DNA from: Octopus vulgaris
Lineage: Eukaryota
DNA: 64,000 nucleotides
NCBI GenBank assembly: GCA_951406725.2
Contig: OX597814.1
Location: 35,836,001-35,900,000, forward strand
Direction: 5' to 3'
Shown here: positions 40,172 to 53,189 of the stretch, in pieces
Layout: every line of letters starts with the position of its first letter
Position numbering within the stretch: the first letter of the stretch is position 1
Made by a program: the position numbers and the translations under genes
Notes under the pieces: model-generated
Databases searched by the model: none
What the model saw: only the letters and a program-made list of their open reading frames with translations
Told to the model about the DNA's origin: nothing

Positions 40172-41750
40172 AAATACAAGAACATAGGAATCTTCAAGTG
40201 TTCATTTAATTTGTTAAAAGTGTGGTCAAATTTCTCAAGTGACACCCAACTTTTTCAGAGACGTGAAGACTTGTTGAATAACTTGTTGAATAAACTTCTG
40301 AAATATGAGATGGTTATAATCATAATGCCTTTGGTTAGAGGTCTGTTTGATCAGGATTGTCCCAGAGCTAAAGAGCAACAACAAAAGCAACTCAAGAAAG
40401 TTGGTGAAACACCGTTTAATTTTGTGTCTGTAAACTGGTAGTTCTATATCACTTTTGAATATTCACTTTTATAGCCACAGCTGAGGTTTAGTTAGTTAGT
40501 TAGGTAAAGGAGAAAAAGAAGTAGAGAAGGAGGAGGAAGTAGAAGACAAGAAGAAGAAGAAGAAGAAGAAGAAGAAGAAGAAGAAGAAGAAGAAGAAGAA
40601 ATTATTATTGATGGGGAACATGAGTATGCAGCAGAAAGAATTTGAAGAAATTGAAGAAAATGAAAACCATAAGTCTCTCTCTCTCTCTCTCACATACACA
40701 CACACACACACGCACACACATACAAAAAGAAAATCGTGAAATGAAGTATAAGAAAATAAATGGAAAGGAGAGGGTGGAAAGAACAGACAGAAGAAATAAG
40801 AAGAAATAGGAAGAACATTACTTTTGATTGCAAGAATGTTTCTGCATTTTCTTTTTCTTTTTCTTTTTTTACTTTTTTTTCTTCTCTTTAAGAAGATCTA
40901 AAATGTTTTGAATTAGTCAATTAGTAGATTTGGGTTATGAACAATAATGCTATAAATTTGTATATAATTCTATTAGTTGTTGGCTTCTGGCATTTTACCA
41001 TATCTAAAATGACTGTTATTCTGGCAGAAAGCAATCACAGGAGATGAGCTGATGAAAATGTACCCTATTTTAAAATTTTCTATTTTTTTTTTTTTTGCTT
41101 TTGTTTTTATTATGTGCTGAGGTATGTAAATATGTCTGTGGATAGTACTGCAAGTGAAAATGATAGTTAATCAATAGGTGTTATATATATATTAATTTGT
41201 TAATAGATTAATAGATTAATATTTAGGTGTGCATATATAAAAACATAATGATGTATGTGTATGAAGTATGTGAAATATTTACCAGTGAGAAATTATATAT
41301 TTGAAATATTTCTATTGTGTCAACAGTCCTTGCAGATAAAAATAATTGTAAAATGACTACTTCATTAATTTAATATCTTAATGAAAGCAATATCTTGATT
41401 GAAGCTGATTTTAGTCACTAACATATTAATTTAACTACTAAAAATCTTAAATTACATTAAAGAACTCAATGTCTACTAATGTTATAAACTTTTTTTTAGA
41501 AAATGGATTTATATATTTTGAGAAATATCTTCAAATGGAGGCAGAATACTGAGTATGTGAGGACAAAACTTTCTTATGCATATTTTACTAGCAAAACATG
41601 AAAAAATCCACTGTTACCATACTTTCTCTGATAACCAGGCTTGAGAGAGTCTAGAATACAAGTCATAGCAGTTCCAAACTCCATATTATATATGCTATGT
41701 CTTCTGGTTAACAAAATAAACTCCCAAGCCTCCTCATAAAATACCTGTTA

Positions 41751-41792
<42 letters not shown>

Positions 41793-41796
41793 ATAT

Positions 41797-42057
41797 TGAA
41801 AAAATCTCGGTTACAACTGTGATGTTGTTGATAAAACATGTTCTTTGTCTATCTACTTATCCTCTTTGTGGCTTTGGATAAAAAGAAAACTATACAAATG
41901 AATCCTTCGAATTTAACTAAATTCTATATTTTTATGCAGCTGAAGATTGGTTTACATTTTAAATTGATGTAATGTTTGCATTGTTCAATTAAATGGAGTC
42001 GCATGAAACGGTCGTACTGCATTACCCCTGGATATCCTTGTTGTTTATTTTGATTAC
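41797..42057 (+). mobile_element. Hammerhead-bearing non-coding mini-element between (TA)n and (CA)n
   Basis: About 260-bp island with a hammerhead motif and 3' tail GGATATCCTTGTTGTTTATTTTGATT, which is related to 27744-27793. Confidence 0.65.
41934..42022 (+). ncRNA. Type I minimal hammerhead ribozyme motif
   Basis: augcag-CUGAAGA-...-GAAAC gguc GUA-cugcau. Perfect 6-bp stem I and intact core; base of stem II mismatched. Confidence 0.75.
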
Positions 42058-42599
42058 ACACACTCACACACACACACATATAAATTTATTGCTGTAAATT
42101 AGAAAATTGTCAACATATCACTACAATCATTGAGAAAATAACAGATTAACTGTACCTAATTATCGAATTATTACTTATCAAAAGTTTTCAAACGAACATC
42201 AATAAACAAATCTTCTACCTGAAAAGGTAAGAGCAGGGAATCAATTTTTTACTGGTCTTGATTCCCAACAACTCTTTTAATACAAGTTCTAACATTCATA
42301 TAGAATTTATATATCAAGACCAGTAAATTTGTTTGGGTGTTGGTTTATCTAAAGTGTGAGTTGTAGTAATTCCTTTTTGCTCATTAGAACTGTTACAATT
42401 ATGTGATTCGTTTGATTCTCAACAGCCCAGGTTTCTGACTGAATATTAGGTTCAATGGTGAAGTGCATCTCGTTATTGCAATAGTGATAGAATTATAAAA
42501 TTTACAAATATTTCATGAACTTATAGTTGTTAAACTAATGAATTTAACTAAACAAGATGTATTTTGCCTGTTACTTTTGCCTCTACAAATCAATGCTCT

Positions 42600-43112
42600 T
42601 ACTCTCTGGACATTGCCCACCTATGTATGCCTTTCCTCCCTTGGACACAAAGACCTGTTGAGGCAAGCGAAGACGATATAGAACCTCATCCGACGACAGG
42701 CACCCATGCCAACCCCCTTTGCTTGCGAAGACATGTTGGGGCAAGCGAAATTGAAATCGAATTGAACCAGCCAGGATCCCTGGTCTGGTGGTACATAAAA
42801 AGCACTATCCGACTCGTGGCCGATGCCAGCGCCGCCTCCACTGGCTTCCGTGCCAGTGGCACGTAAAATACACCAATCCGACCGTAGCCGTTGGCAGCCT
42901 CGCCTGGCACCTGTGAAGGTGGCACGTAAAAAGCACCCACTACACTCACGGAGTGGTTGGCGTTAGGAAGGGCATCCAGCTGTAGAAACATTGCCAGATA
43001 AGACTGGAGCCTGGTGCAGCCTTCTGGCTTCCCAGAACCCCGGTCGAACCGTCCAACCCATGCTAGTATGGAGAACAGACGTTAATCAATGATGATGAGG
43101 ATGATGATGATG
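42600..43112 (+). mobile_element. RTE-type long 3'UTR copy
   Basis: Repeated GGTGGCACGTAAAAAGCAC units, terminal CCAACCCATGCTAG...GACGTTAA(TGA)n. Confidence 0.85.
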
Positions 43113-43129
43113 TCTAGTCAGAGCTCCAC

Positions 43130-44915
43130 TAGTTTTAATCTATTCATAACTGCTTGTGCTTCACTTCTTACCTATTGGAGAGAGTTAGTTGGTGAATAAA
43201 ACTATCCTCTTAGGTATGTTCTTCAACACCCATCTCACAACAAAAACATAATGCAAAATCCCCAAATTGAGCTTCTATTCATGCATTGCATGAAAAGGTT
43301 TATTTTTACCTTTCACCTCCTACAAGACAATATAAAGCTTAATGGATTTATTTCATGCATTACACAGACTGCAACTTGAGCCATCTTCTAAAATCCAACC
43401 TACTATTTTAGTTCATTGCCAAAACTATTTCTTCCATCTCTGCATAATCCTCTTAGCCTTCACTTCATAATGACTTTGTAAGCAGTACTCCATGGAAATG
43501 CCTTTGAAACTGATGTTTGATTTGCATTTAGCTCCACACTGTACACACTAGGCAAGAGTCTTCTCAATCTTTCCTACCTCACATTGCTAGGAATTTCCCC
43601 ATATATGCCAAGATGAAAGCAAGTCAAGTAACTTCAAACAAACAATAACACTAGCCATAATTGTATCCATTCTAATACTTTGATGCAATGTATCCAAGAA
43701 ATTTCCTTAACAAACTCTTCAAAATATCTCTCTCCATAAGCCTCTACCCTTAATTTTGGAAAGATGCTTCAGTGTGTCCCATTCTCAAGAGTGTTGATCT
43801 CTTTGATCCTACCATCTATCAATCCACTGCTTTCAATCCCAAAGTTGTTAACAATCACCTTCTTATGTCTCCCTTCCTCCTCAGTAACCATTATTTTGGC
43901 TTCCATAAAACTAGATTTATTGTAGACCTTATGTCATTCAACCTCGACAAATTTGGCATTATATCTAATATCATTTCACTGTATATGACAAGTGGATCTC
44001 TTAGCCAAGCCTCAGACACTGGCCTGCATCTATCTTTTGTCTATTAGATTGAAAGCTGTCTATTAGATCATTCCACCAACTCTGATATGCTCTAACATTA
44101 CATTTAATGCTCTACACTTTTTGTGCTGTGTATCAGCAGCCTTTTAACAGTCATGTCTAATAATACACAGTCTTGTGCAAGTGCTACTGCCTTTCATTCC
44201 TCTATACAGAAGCACCATCCTAAACACTTCACAACAAAATTGCATGCCTTCCATGAAGAGATATCACTAAAGTTCTCCACTGTCTCCTTAGTAGCAGCAC
44301 AAAGATGCAATCAATAGAAATGGGATATCTTGTATTTCACCCATTCTTGGTCATAGACAACACAGAGCTTAAAACACAAAATTATCAGAATTACCATAAA
44401 GGCAAAAGGAGATCTCATATTCACATTATGGGGGGAAAAAATGCATCTCAGAGACTAATGTTCTTTTGACGAGCCAGAAAATCCTACAGATCTCTGTAGT
44501 TGCTGACTTTTTACAAAGTTCAAGTGAGAACCACGTGGAAATACTGCTCTCACATCTGTGACAGTACATATATGAACATTCTAAAATGCACAAATTCTGA
44601 GTGATTGACTACAAGTCACTCATCCATAAATTTCGACTGCCAACCCACAGATGTACAGTTTTCATACTCTGACTTTTATATCACTTTTTTTTTTGCTCTT
44701 TGCAGTTAGCAGGTTGTGTAACAACTCCTCCAAACTCATTCTCCACACTTTTCTTCTTTCCACTCATCATACATCCACATTGTTCCTCTACTTAGAAGGT
44801 CCTGCATCTTTTCTCGAAATACTTCCTCTCAATTATTGCAATCTTCTATAATTCTGTCCTTGCCAACATTTTGTCAGCTGTAATAGTTTTACAGATATAT
44901 AAGATGTATATCAAC
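43130..44915 (+). mobile_element. Highly decayed jockey/CR1-type LINE RT region
   Basis: VCPILKSVDLFDPTIYQS...VVNNHLL...LLSNHYFGFHKTRFIVDLMS resembles V.PV.K.GD.S.P.NYRP...LLSDHQYGFR..RSTGDLL; degenerate C-terminal SF.R.S...NLL at about 44810. Confidence 0.65.
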
Positions 44916-45520
44916 ATCATCACTTTTGGAGGGCTACTTTGGGAAGGTTCGTGGGAACAGCCACTTTCTCTTGACTAAAGCATTGAAATAAATCCATGAG
45001 AAAAGAAACCAAGTACACAATATTTTATGAACAGTATGTAAATAATTATGACAGACGAGATAAAAAAAAATCTATCCACAAATATTGTCTATTTCTTCAA
45101 TATTTCCTCAAAGAATCAACTGATCAGACATTTGGCAGAAAGTGATTTCAGATACAGAGAATTGTCCGAGAATATACCTATCTACAATCTATTTACTAGA
45201 TGCCACTACTTCAAACAAAAAGTTCTTATCAAATAAGAAAAACTTTCATGCATAAAAGATCTGTTGAAAATATCTTGGAGTAGTTTGTCAAATTCAGAAG
45301 TTCTCATTTCTTTTAAGTTAGCATCAATGAAATGCCCTACATCACTTTTGGCTAAAATTCTATTTACCTTGTTATTGCTTGGATCAATAGATTTGTTATT
45401 GTGCTTCATAAACTAGTCACACACGCACGCATGCACACACACACACATACACACACACGCACACACACACGCACACACACACACATACACACACACATTC
45501 ACACACACATATGTATATAC

Positions 45521-45564
<44 letters not shown>

Positions 45565-46170
45565 GTATGTATGTACACATATGTGTGTATGAGTGTGTGT
45601 GCTTGAGTATACATGTGCATGTTTGGGTATAATTGGGATTATATGTAAACGCACACATACACACAAATACTTATATAAATACACACATATAAATATATAT
45701 TCCAACTTTATCACTTATACCATGACATGCTGTTGATTTTGTTGTTCTTGTTGTGGCTGTTCTTGACGATGATGCCTTACTGGACAGAGGTGTGTGAAAC
45801 TTTCTTTGCAAACATGTGGTTTAGAGTTCAGTTGCACTGTGCAGCATCTTGTGCAAGTTTCTTCTACAATAACTCCAGGTCGACCAAAGCTTTGCAAGGG
45901 AATTTCATAAAGGGAAAATATTACCTAGCTTTGAAGCAGTTAAGAGAAGGTGATAGAAAGGGCATATGGCTATAGAAAATCTTCCTAAATGAATTGTATC
46001 TGGCCCATACAATCACAAAAAATGTTGATGTTAAACAGGTATTAGGATATGAAATATATACATTCACATGTATGTGTGTGAGTGCATACATATGATATAC
46101 ACAAATATACATATGCATGTATTAAAACAGATCATGAACAAGCCCAGTTTTAGTAGTAAACCAAATTGAG

Positions 46171-46288
46171 TGCTCATAATACATACCTACTACATTATAT
46201 AAATTGATGAAAATCTTTTTTATATACACTGCTCATAATACATACCTACTACATTATATAAATTGATGAAAATCTTTTTTATATACAC
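46171..46288. repeat. 59-bp tandem duplication
   Basis: TGCTCATAATACATACCTACTACATT...TTTTTATATACAC twice. Confidence 0.9.
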
Positions 46289-46474
46289 TACCCACACACA
46301 CACACATACTCACACAGACACACACATACTCACACAGACACACACTCCTGCATGCACAAAGATATATGTATATACACATCTACCATTGTATATTTGAATC
46401 CCTGTGCTAGTAGGGTGCTAAGAGCACCATCCGAGCGTGATCGTTGTCAGAGCAGCTAACTGGCTCCCATTTTG

Positions 46475-46800
46475 TAAATTCAAATCAGGACATACCTTCA
46501 GTATAAAAAATCACTTCACTTGTTCATCAAAAAAATTTAATTTATGCTGTTTGAACATAATGGTTATAACAAAACTGACAAGAAAGATATGACAATCAGA
46601 CTCACTAATGATTGGCAGCAAATATGATATTTTAATACTAGACAGATGCCTTTAAGCAAATGCAGACAAATGTGCAACAAAGAAAATCTCCCAAAGTCCT
46701 AATCTTCCATTTTATTTTTGCTCTGTCATAATTACAGGTCTAATATGGAAAGTAAAGAAAACATGTTTATAAAAACATATAAACCATGACTTAATAAGCT
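46475..46800 (+). mobile_element. Decayed Penelope-like GIY-YIG fragment
   Basis: KSGHTFSIKNHFTCSSK-(frameshift)-NLIYAV matches the PLE F.I...FTC.S.N.IY motif that opens the GIY-YIG domain. Confidence 0.5.
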
Positions 46801-47093
46801 ATAGCAACATATTGTACAGGCATGTTGCAGATATCTGACAAAAGTTTGAACCTGAAGGGATTATTCAGAAAGCATTGATAAAATGCTTTGATAAAAAAAA
46901 AATGAGAGAACTTCTAAACTAAGTATTGATGTCATCAAAAGATCGACTAAAGCTCACTTTGATCTGAACACCTAACTGATCTTTAGATGTCGGCATGATA
47001 AACCAACTGAAGTCCCAAAATGCCTAAAATTTGAAAACATAATATCTCGTTTGGAAATCTTTAATAAAATCATTGATGAAAAAAAAAAAAAAA

Positions 47094-47192
47094 GGAAAAA
47101 CTGTCACAATATTTTTTTGTGATAAAATCCACTAAAAATTCAGGAAAAACTGTCACGTTATTTTTTTTGTGATAAAATCCACTAAAAATTCA
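47094..47192. repeat. About 50-bp tandem duplication
   Basis: GGAAAAACTGTCAC...GTGATAAAATCCACTAAAAATTCA twice. Confidence 0.85.
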
Positions 47193-47386
47193 ACCCATAC
47201 AAATACAATGTAGCCCCAGGACTCTCTGAATTTCATTCCTTCTGAAAATCATAAATATTATCTTTACATTACTATAAATATATTTTCTTAAAGTACATTT
47301 TAAACTTTCCTTTTCATTACACACACACATGACCATGTGTGTATGTGTGTGTGTATATGCATGCATGTATACATGTATGTATATGC

Positions 47387-47439
<53 letters not shown>

Positions 47440-47445
47440 TATAGA

Positions 47446-48110
47446 TATTGCATTGATCAAAAACTCCATCCAGTTCTTGTCAACACTAAGATTTAAATAC
47501 TTTAATAAGAAGCTAACTTTAGTCTGTCTTTTGTGCATGCACACTCGTAGCTTACTTGACACTTCAATGTAGTTCGCTGTAAACTTGCAGCAAGACAGGT
47601 TGTATTTTATGTGCTTATGATCACCCTGAAAATGGAAAGCCAAATGAACCTTATCAACTTCACGTTCATATTTTTAAAAAAGACAAGAAAGTGGTGGAAA
47701 CCTGCAAGAAGAAATGCATCTAGTACAGAGAGGATGCTGTGACAGAAAATCAATTATGAAGTTTTCTAATTCAAGTTCACCTTGCTCTGACCGGCCAACT
47801 GAGACTAATAGCAACACCAACCTTCATTATAAGATCAAGATAGTCGCAGAAATTCCTCAGATATCCAAATTGAGTACTGGAAACCATCTGCATCAACTCA
47901 TTTATGTCAACAAGCTCAATGTTAGGGTCCCACATCAGTTGAATAAAGCGAACATTACCCAACAGATTTCCATCTGCAATTCATTACAGACATATGAAGA
48001 AAACATTTCGTTTTTGAAAAGAATAGTGACAGAGGATGAAAAATGGATCATCTATAACAATGTTTAGCACAAGTAATCATGAGGGAAGTGCAGCAAAATA
48101 CTACAAACAG
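47446..48110 (+). mobile_element. Decayed mariner transposon, 5' part
   Basis: NVRVPHQL...ISICNSL...FLKRIVTEDEKWIIYNNV (WVPHEL and TGDEKW motifs). Confidence 0.85.
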
Positions 48111-48256
48111 CTTTCTCTCACTCTTTCTTCTGGTGGCCTGCTCACTTAGCCAGTGGGGTGGCATCATTTCAAGGCTAAAACAATGTGAAGTGCATTGTGA
48201 CCAGCGATGTGTAGCAACATCTGATAGCCTGGTCGGTCGCAGTGATCACGGGGATA
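48110..48256 (+). mobile_element. SINE family D, 3' half
   Basis: Reverse complement of 25263-25410. Confidence 0.85.
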
Positions 48257-48281
48257 TATATATATATATATATATTCTTTT

Positions 48282-48603
48282 TTAACCTTTTTGGATTTAA
48301 GTCAGCTATATCCAGTACAGATGTTCTACATAATTGTTTATATTGAAACTGGTCAGATCTGATGTCTTACACCCACCATTCAGAGGCATTCTAAAAATAT
48401 ACACTCACATCATCGGAATCTTGGCCTTACAAAATAACGTAATGCATGATTAATTGAAAACTGTAAATATTTATGCTACTAACATGCTCAGAAGTTGTTC
48501 ATACGAATTATTATTTTTAGCTATGACATAAATTTAAAGAGTAAAAATATATTAGGTATATTTATTCACATTTGATAAAATAAATTGAATGCTAAAAGGT
48601 TAA
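48282..48603. mobile_element. TTAA-flanked MITE, second family
   Basis: TTAACCTTTT...GCTAAAAGGTTAA; oppositely oriented relative at 49080-49378. Confidence 0.65.
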
Positions 48604-49079
48604 ATACTCTGTAGTAAATACACACTTGTAGTTTCAAACTTCAAAGAATATCAGCAGTGTTCAATAAATGCTCACATAAGTTTTAAACAAAGCTATCAAT
48701 CATGTGAAATCTGATATAAAACTATCCTTATAAGAATGATGAAAACTTTTTGTGAGGTATGATCATAGATATTCCATTTAAGTTGCGTAAGACTAATTAA
48801 GATATCTTCTATGACATATTTCTGTGTATTTATGCTCTTAGGAAGTAACTCTTGTGTTGAATACTTAAAGATAACTTTTCCTCAAAAGATAGCTTCATCT
48901 GGTTGGATATAAATGTAACTGGTTTTTTTTTCTTTCTCTTTCATCATTCTTATTAGGATAGTTTTATATCAGACTCCACATGACTGATAGCTTTGTTTTA
49001 AATTTATGTAACCATTTACTGAAAACTATTTATATTCTTTGAAGTTTGAGACTACAAGTGTGCATTTACTACAGTGTGT

Positions 49080-49378
49080 TTAACCTTTTAGCATTCACAT
49101 TATTTTGTCAAATGTGAATAAATATGCCTTATATATTTTTGCTCTTTAGACTTATGTCATCTCATGTGAACAACTACTGAGCATGTTGTCAGTATAATTA
49201 TTTGCATTGTTTTCAATTAATCATTTTGTATCTACATGATTTCGATGATGTGAGTGTATATTTTTAGAACACCTCTGAATGGTGGGTGTAAGACATCAAA
49301 TCTGATCAGCTTCAGCATAAACAACCGTGTAGAATATTTGTACTGGATATGGCTGATTCAAAGAGAAAAGGGCTAAAA
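49080..49378. mobile_element. TTAA-flanked MITE, second family (inverted relative to 48282)
   Basis: TTAACCTTTTAGCATTCA...GGTGGGTGTAAGACATCAAATCTGA...GTACTGGATATGGCTGA...AAAAGGGCTAA. Confidence 0.65.
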
Positions 49379-49410
49379 AAATATATATATACATTCATTC
49401 ATTTATTCAT

Positions 49411-50050
49411 TTACCTGTTTCAGTCATTTGACTGTGGCCATGCTGGAGCACCACCTTTAGTCGAGCAAATTAACCCCAGGACATATTCTTTGTAAGCCTA
49501 GTACTTATTCTATTGGCCTCTTTTGCTGAACCACTAAGTTACGGGGACGTAAACACACTAGCAACAGTTGTCAAGCGATGTTGGGGGAGGGGGGCAAACA
49601 CAACACACAAACATACACACATATATATATATAAGGCGGTGAGCTGGCAGAAACGTTAGCGCACTGGGCGAAATGCTTAGCGGTTTTTCCTCTGTTGTTA
49701 CGTTCTGAGTTCAAGTTCCGCCGAGGTTGACTTTGCCTTTCATCCTTTCGGGGTCGATAAATTAAGTACCAGTTACGCACTGTGATCGATATAATTGACT
49801 TAATCCGTTTGTCTGTCCTTGTTTGTCCCCTCTATGTTTAGCCCCTTGTGGGTAGTAAGGAAATATATATATATATATACATATATACGATGGGCTTCTT
49901 TCAGTTTCCGTCTACCAAATCCACTCACAAGGCTTTGGTCGACCCAAGGCTATAGCAGAAGACACTTGCCCAAGGTGCCATGCAGTGGGACTGAACCCGG
50001 AACCATGTGGTTTGTAAGCAAGCTACTTACCACACAGCCACTCCTACGCC
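49411..50050 (-). mobile_element. SINE family A with a SINE B (49633-49864, plus strand) inserted in its central (TA)n
   Basis: The two A halves flank a complete B copy. Confidence 0.9.
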
Positions 50051-50629
50051 TATATTAATATTTTTATGATGAGGATAATAATGATGATGATGATGAAGAT
50101 GATGATGAAATACTATGGCTTTTCTTCTAAATCCATCTAGCTATGTAGTATGTAAACTTAGTTTGTACAAGGTCTGTGCCCAGCATCCATTATATGGCTG
50201 TGTGTGTGTGTGTGTGTATGTGCGTGTGTGTGTGTATTATAAATGTATAATATGTGTGTGTGCATGTGTGTGTGTGTTTGTGGGTATATATATATATATA
50301 TATATATTGCATATATATATATATATATGAATTGTACGTGATATAAAAGTAATATATCCTGTAGAAACACATTGTTTTATTTAGTGTGCAGATGTTCAAA
50401 TTCTTATTCTAGTTATTTAGTTTTCATATGTGATATATTGACTCATAAGCTAGATAGCACTGAACTCTGTTGATCAGGTACTCATAGTATTTTTTGCTCA
50501 TAAATACATTTTTACTATACTTTTAGAATCAAGCATGCAGACAAGTTTACACTCATGCACACACACACTTGAAAGCTAATTTATGAATTAATTAATATAG
50601 CTGACACTACTTCTTCCAAATGTCTCTCA

Positions 50630-50920
50630 CGCTGGTATGAAGGTCAGAACAGGACAAAAATGGAAAGCAGCAAAGGTCATGGGTGCATCAAAATCACTGC
50701 TAAGGTATGGAATACTGGGGACATACTGCCTTGTAGAAGTGCTGACCTGAGTAGCATTATCGTACTTGAACTGTAACAAGAGACAGTAGGTAAACTGTAG
50801 GTTGCTTATCCAGAGTAATGTGTGAACGTCCTTTATGAAGGAACAAGCTATCAGGTTTACTGGAATCCAGTTGGAGATGCCTGATCTCATGGTCAGAAGT
50901 CTGGAAAGCTGAATTCCATT
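50630..50920 (+). mobile_element. HERO/NeSL-type REL LINE relic
   Basis: AGMKVRTGQKWKAAK at 50631 and ISWSEVWKAE at 50884 match the VRTGRKW.A and I.W..IWK.E motifs downstream of RT in HERO/NeSL-like elements. Confidence 0.6.
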
Positions 50921-51162
50921 AATTCTTGATTCAAGCTGTTGCCTTTTTCCACTGAAAACACTCATATTGTTCCACTGAGGAATTATTAAATTTTGTGGCA
51001 AATGAGTCATTTTGACTGTTATTTCTAGCAATGCTGGTACTACTTTGTACCCTTGTCACTTTAGTTATGTTCATAAATTTGCCTTTAAGTTTTAATTGCT
51101 AATAAGCCACCTTCATTATATATATATATGTGTATGTCTGTGTGTGTATGTGTGTGTGTGTG

Positions 51163-51348
51163 CATCATCATTGTCATCATCGTTATCATTTAACGTCCGT
51201 TTTCCCTGCAAGCATGGGATGGAAGTCTGGAAAGCCAGCAGCTGCACCAGGCTCCAATCTGATCCGGCAATGTTTCTACAGCTGGATGCCCTTCCTAATG
51301 CCAATCACTCCAAGAGTGTAGCGGGTGCTTTTTATTTGCCACTGGCAC
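51163..51348 (-). mobile_element. RTE-type 3' end
   Basis: (CAT)n tail plus TTTAACGTCCGTTTTCC...GGTGCTTTTTATTTGCCACTGGCAC. Confidence 0.8.
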
Positions 51349-51639
51349 TTATCAGATATACATACATACATACATGCATACATACATATATATATATATT
51401 TATATAATCCAAATTGTGTGAGTGGAACAGGCAAAATCCAGGTTATATATGTTTCCTAACAAGCAAATCCTCTGATGTAATAATTACTCAATGAGGAGTA
51501 CTTAGCTAGCTACTCTTCAGGCTGAAGATTACATTGTCATTCAGGAATCTCATGTTAACTCGCTGGAGATTCTTTTCAGCTTATCAAACTTCAATATGGG
51601 AGAAGCTGTCAGCATTCGATACCAATAATTTATTATTGT

Positions 51640-51862
51640 AAAGTAGTGAGCTGGCGGAAATGATATCATGCTGGGCGAAATGCTTAGCGGTATTTTGTCT
51701 GTCTTTACATCCTGAGTTCAAATTCCACCAAGGTCGACTTTGCCTTTCATCCTTTTGGGGTCAATAAATTAAGTACCAGTTGCATACTGGGGTCAATCTA
51801 ATCGACTGCCCTCCCCCCCCCAAAAAAAAATTTCGGGCCTTGTACCTAGAGTAGAAAAGAAT
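51640..51862 (+). mobile_element. SINE family B (tail type 2)
   Basis: GAGCTGGCGGAAA...GAGTTCAAATTCC...TTTCGGGCCTTGTACCTAGAGTAGAAAAGAATA. Confidence 0.85.
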
Positions 51863-52189
51863 AAATTATCATTTTTCCTGAAAGTTGTTTTTATACATAC
51901 CACAGACTGCTCGAAGATTACAAACTTCCTGCACTTAGATTCTTAGATTTTATAATTACACACACACACACATGCACGCATGCACACACATACATGCACA
52001 TGCGCATGCATGCACATGTGTGCATACACATATTGATATATATATATATAGATGAATTGGATTAGTTCATTCATTTTGCATTCACACTATTGAGCATATA
52101 TGTGGGTGTATGTGCGTGTGTGTGTATATATATAGATGTATATATATATATATAGATAGATAGATAGATGTGTATATATAAAGACAGAC

Positions 52190-52227
<38 letters not shown>

Positions 52228-52900
52228 GTATGAGCATATACATCTACACAGACAGTCACACACACACATATATATGTGTGTGTGTAAATTCATATATATT
52301 TGCAAAAACACTCAGGTAAACTCAAACAGATATAGATCCTTTCAAGACATTACAATTTGTAACTTCTCTCTAACAGTATATTCAGGTGCATTACATTGTA
52401 CATATATCCACGTGTTTTTCTTTTTAGGCTGTCATATCTTTGTCTGGATCGGTAATAATTGATAACTGTTGCTTTTGTCCAAGATTGAATTGCACTAAAC
52501 AAGAAATATCTACCTTGAATTGAACTGTACAATGCAAGAAATCTCCACCTTGATCTATCTACCTATCTACCTGTCTATATTTATGTTCTGTCTATCTATT
52601 AAGTAAACTTGGAATTCTCTTGATATAAAAGTACCACAAAAGTAGCAACAATATTGTTAGTGTCGGTAATAGAATGCTATGACCATGCATATATATACAT
52701 ATGTATATGTGTGTGTGTATACCTGTAGGTATGTGCATGCATGTATATATGCTATATGAATGCACATGAATATACTTAGCTATGTGTGTATGAAGGCAAG
52801 TAGGCAAGTGTAGATGATTGTGTATGTGTGTGTGTGTTACTGAAATCAAAGGAAGTGAGAGTGTTATACAAAGAATACAAGAGTGAGAGAGATCGATAAG

Positions 52901-52938
<38 letters not shown>

Positions 52939-53002
52939 AAGGAAAAGAATGAGAAATCCAGACTTAGTGTTAGGGTAAAAAAACAAGTATACATATGTAT
53001 GA

Positions 53003-53107
<105 letters not shown>

Positions 53108-53148
53108 TGTGTGTGTGTATTTATGTGTGTTGTATGTATGTATATATG

Positions 53149-53189
<41 letters not shown>

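Noticed and set aside
50627-51031. 134-aa minus-strand ORF as a host gene
   Set aside because: The opposite strand carries HERO/NeSL-like LINE motifs, and the ORF has no recognisable domain.
51510-51580. TCTTCAGGCTGAAGA palindrome and small hairpins
   Set aside because: CUGAAGA occurs on both strands but without correctly placed GAAA/NUH or stem I.
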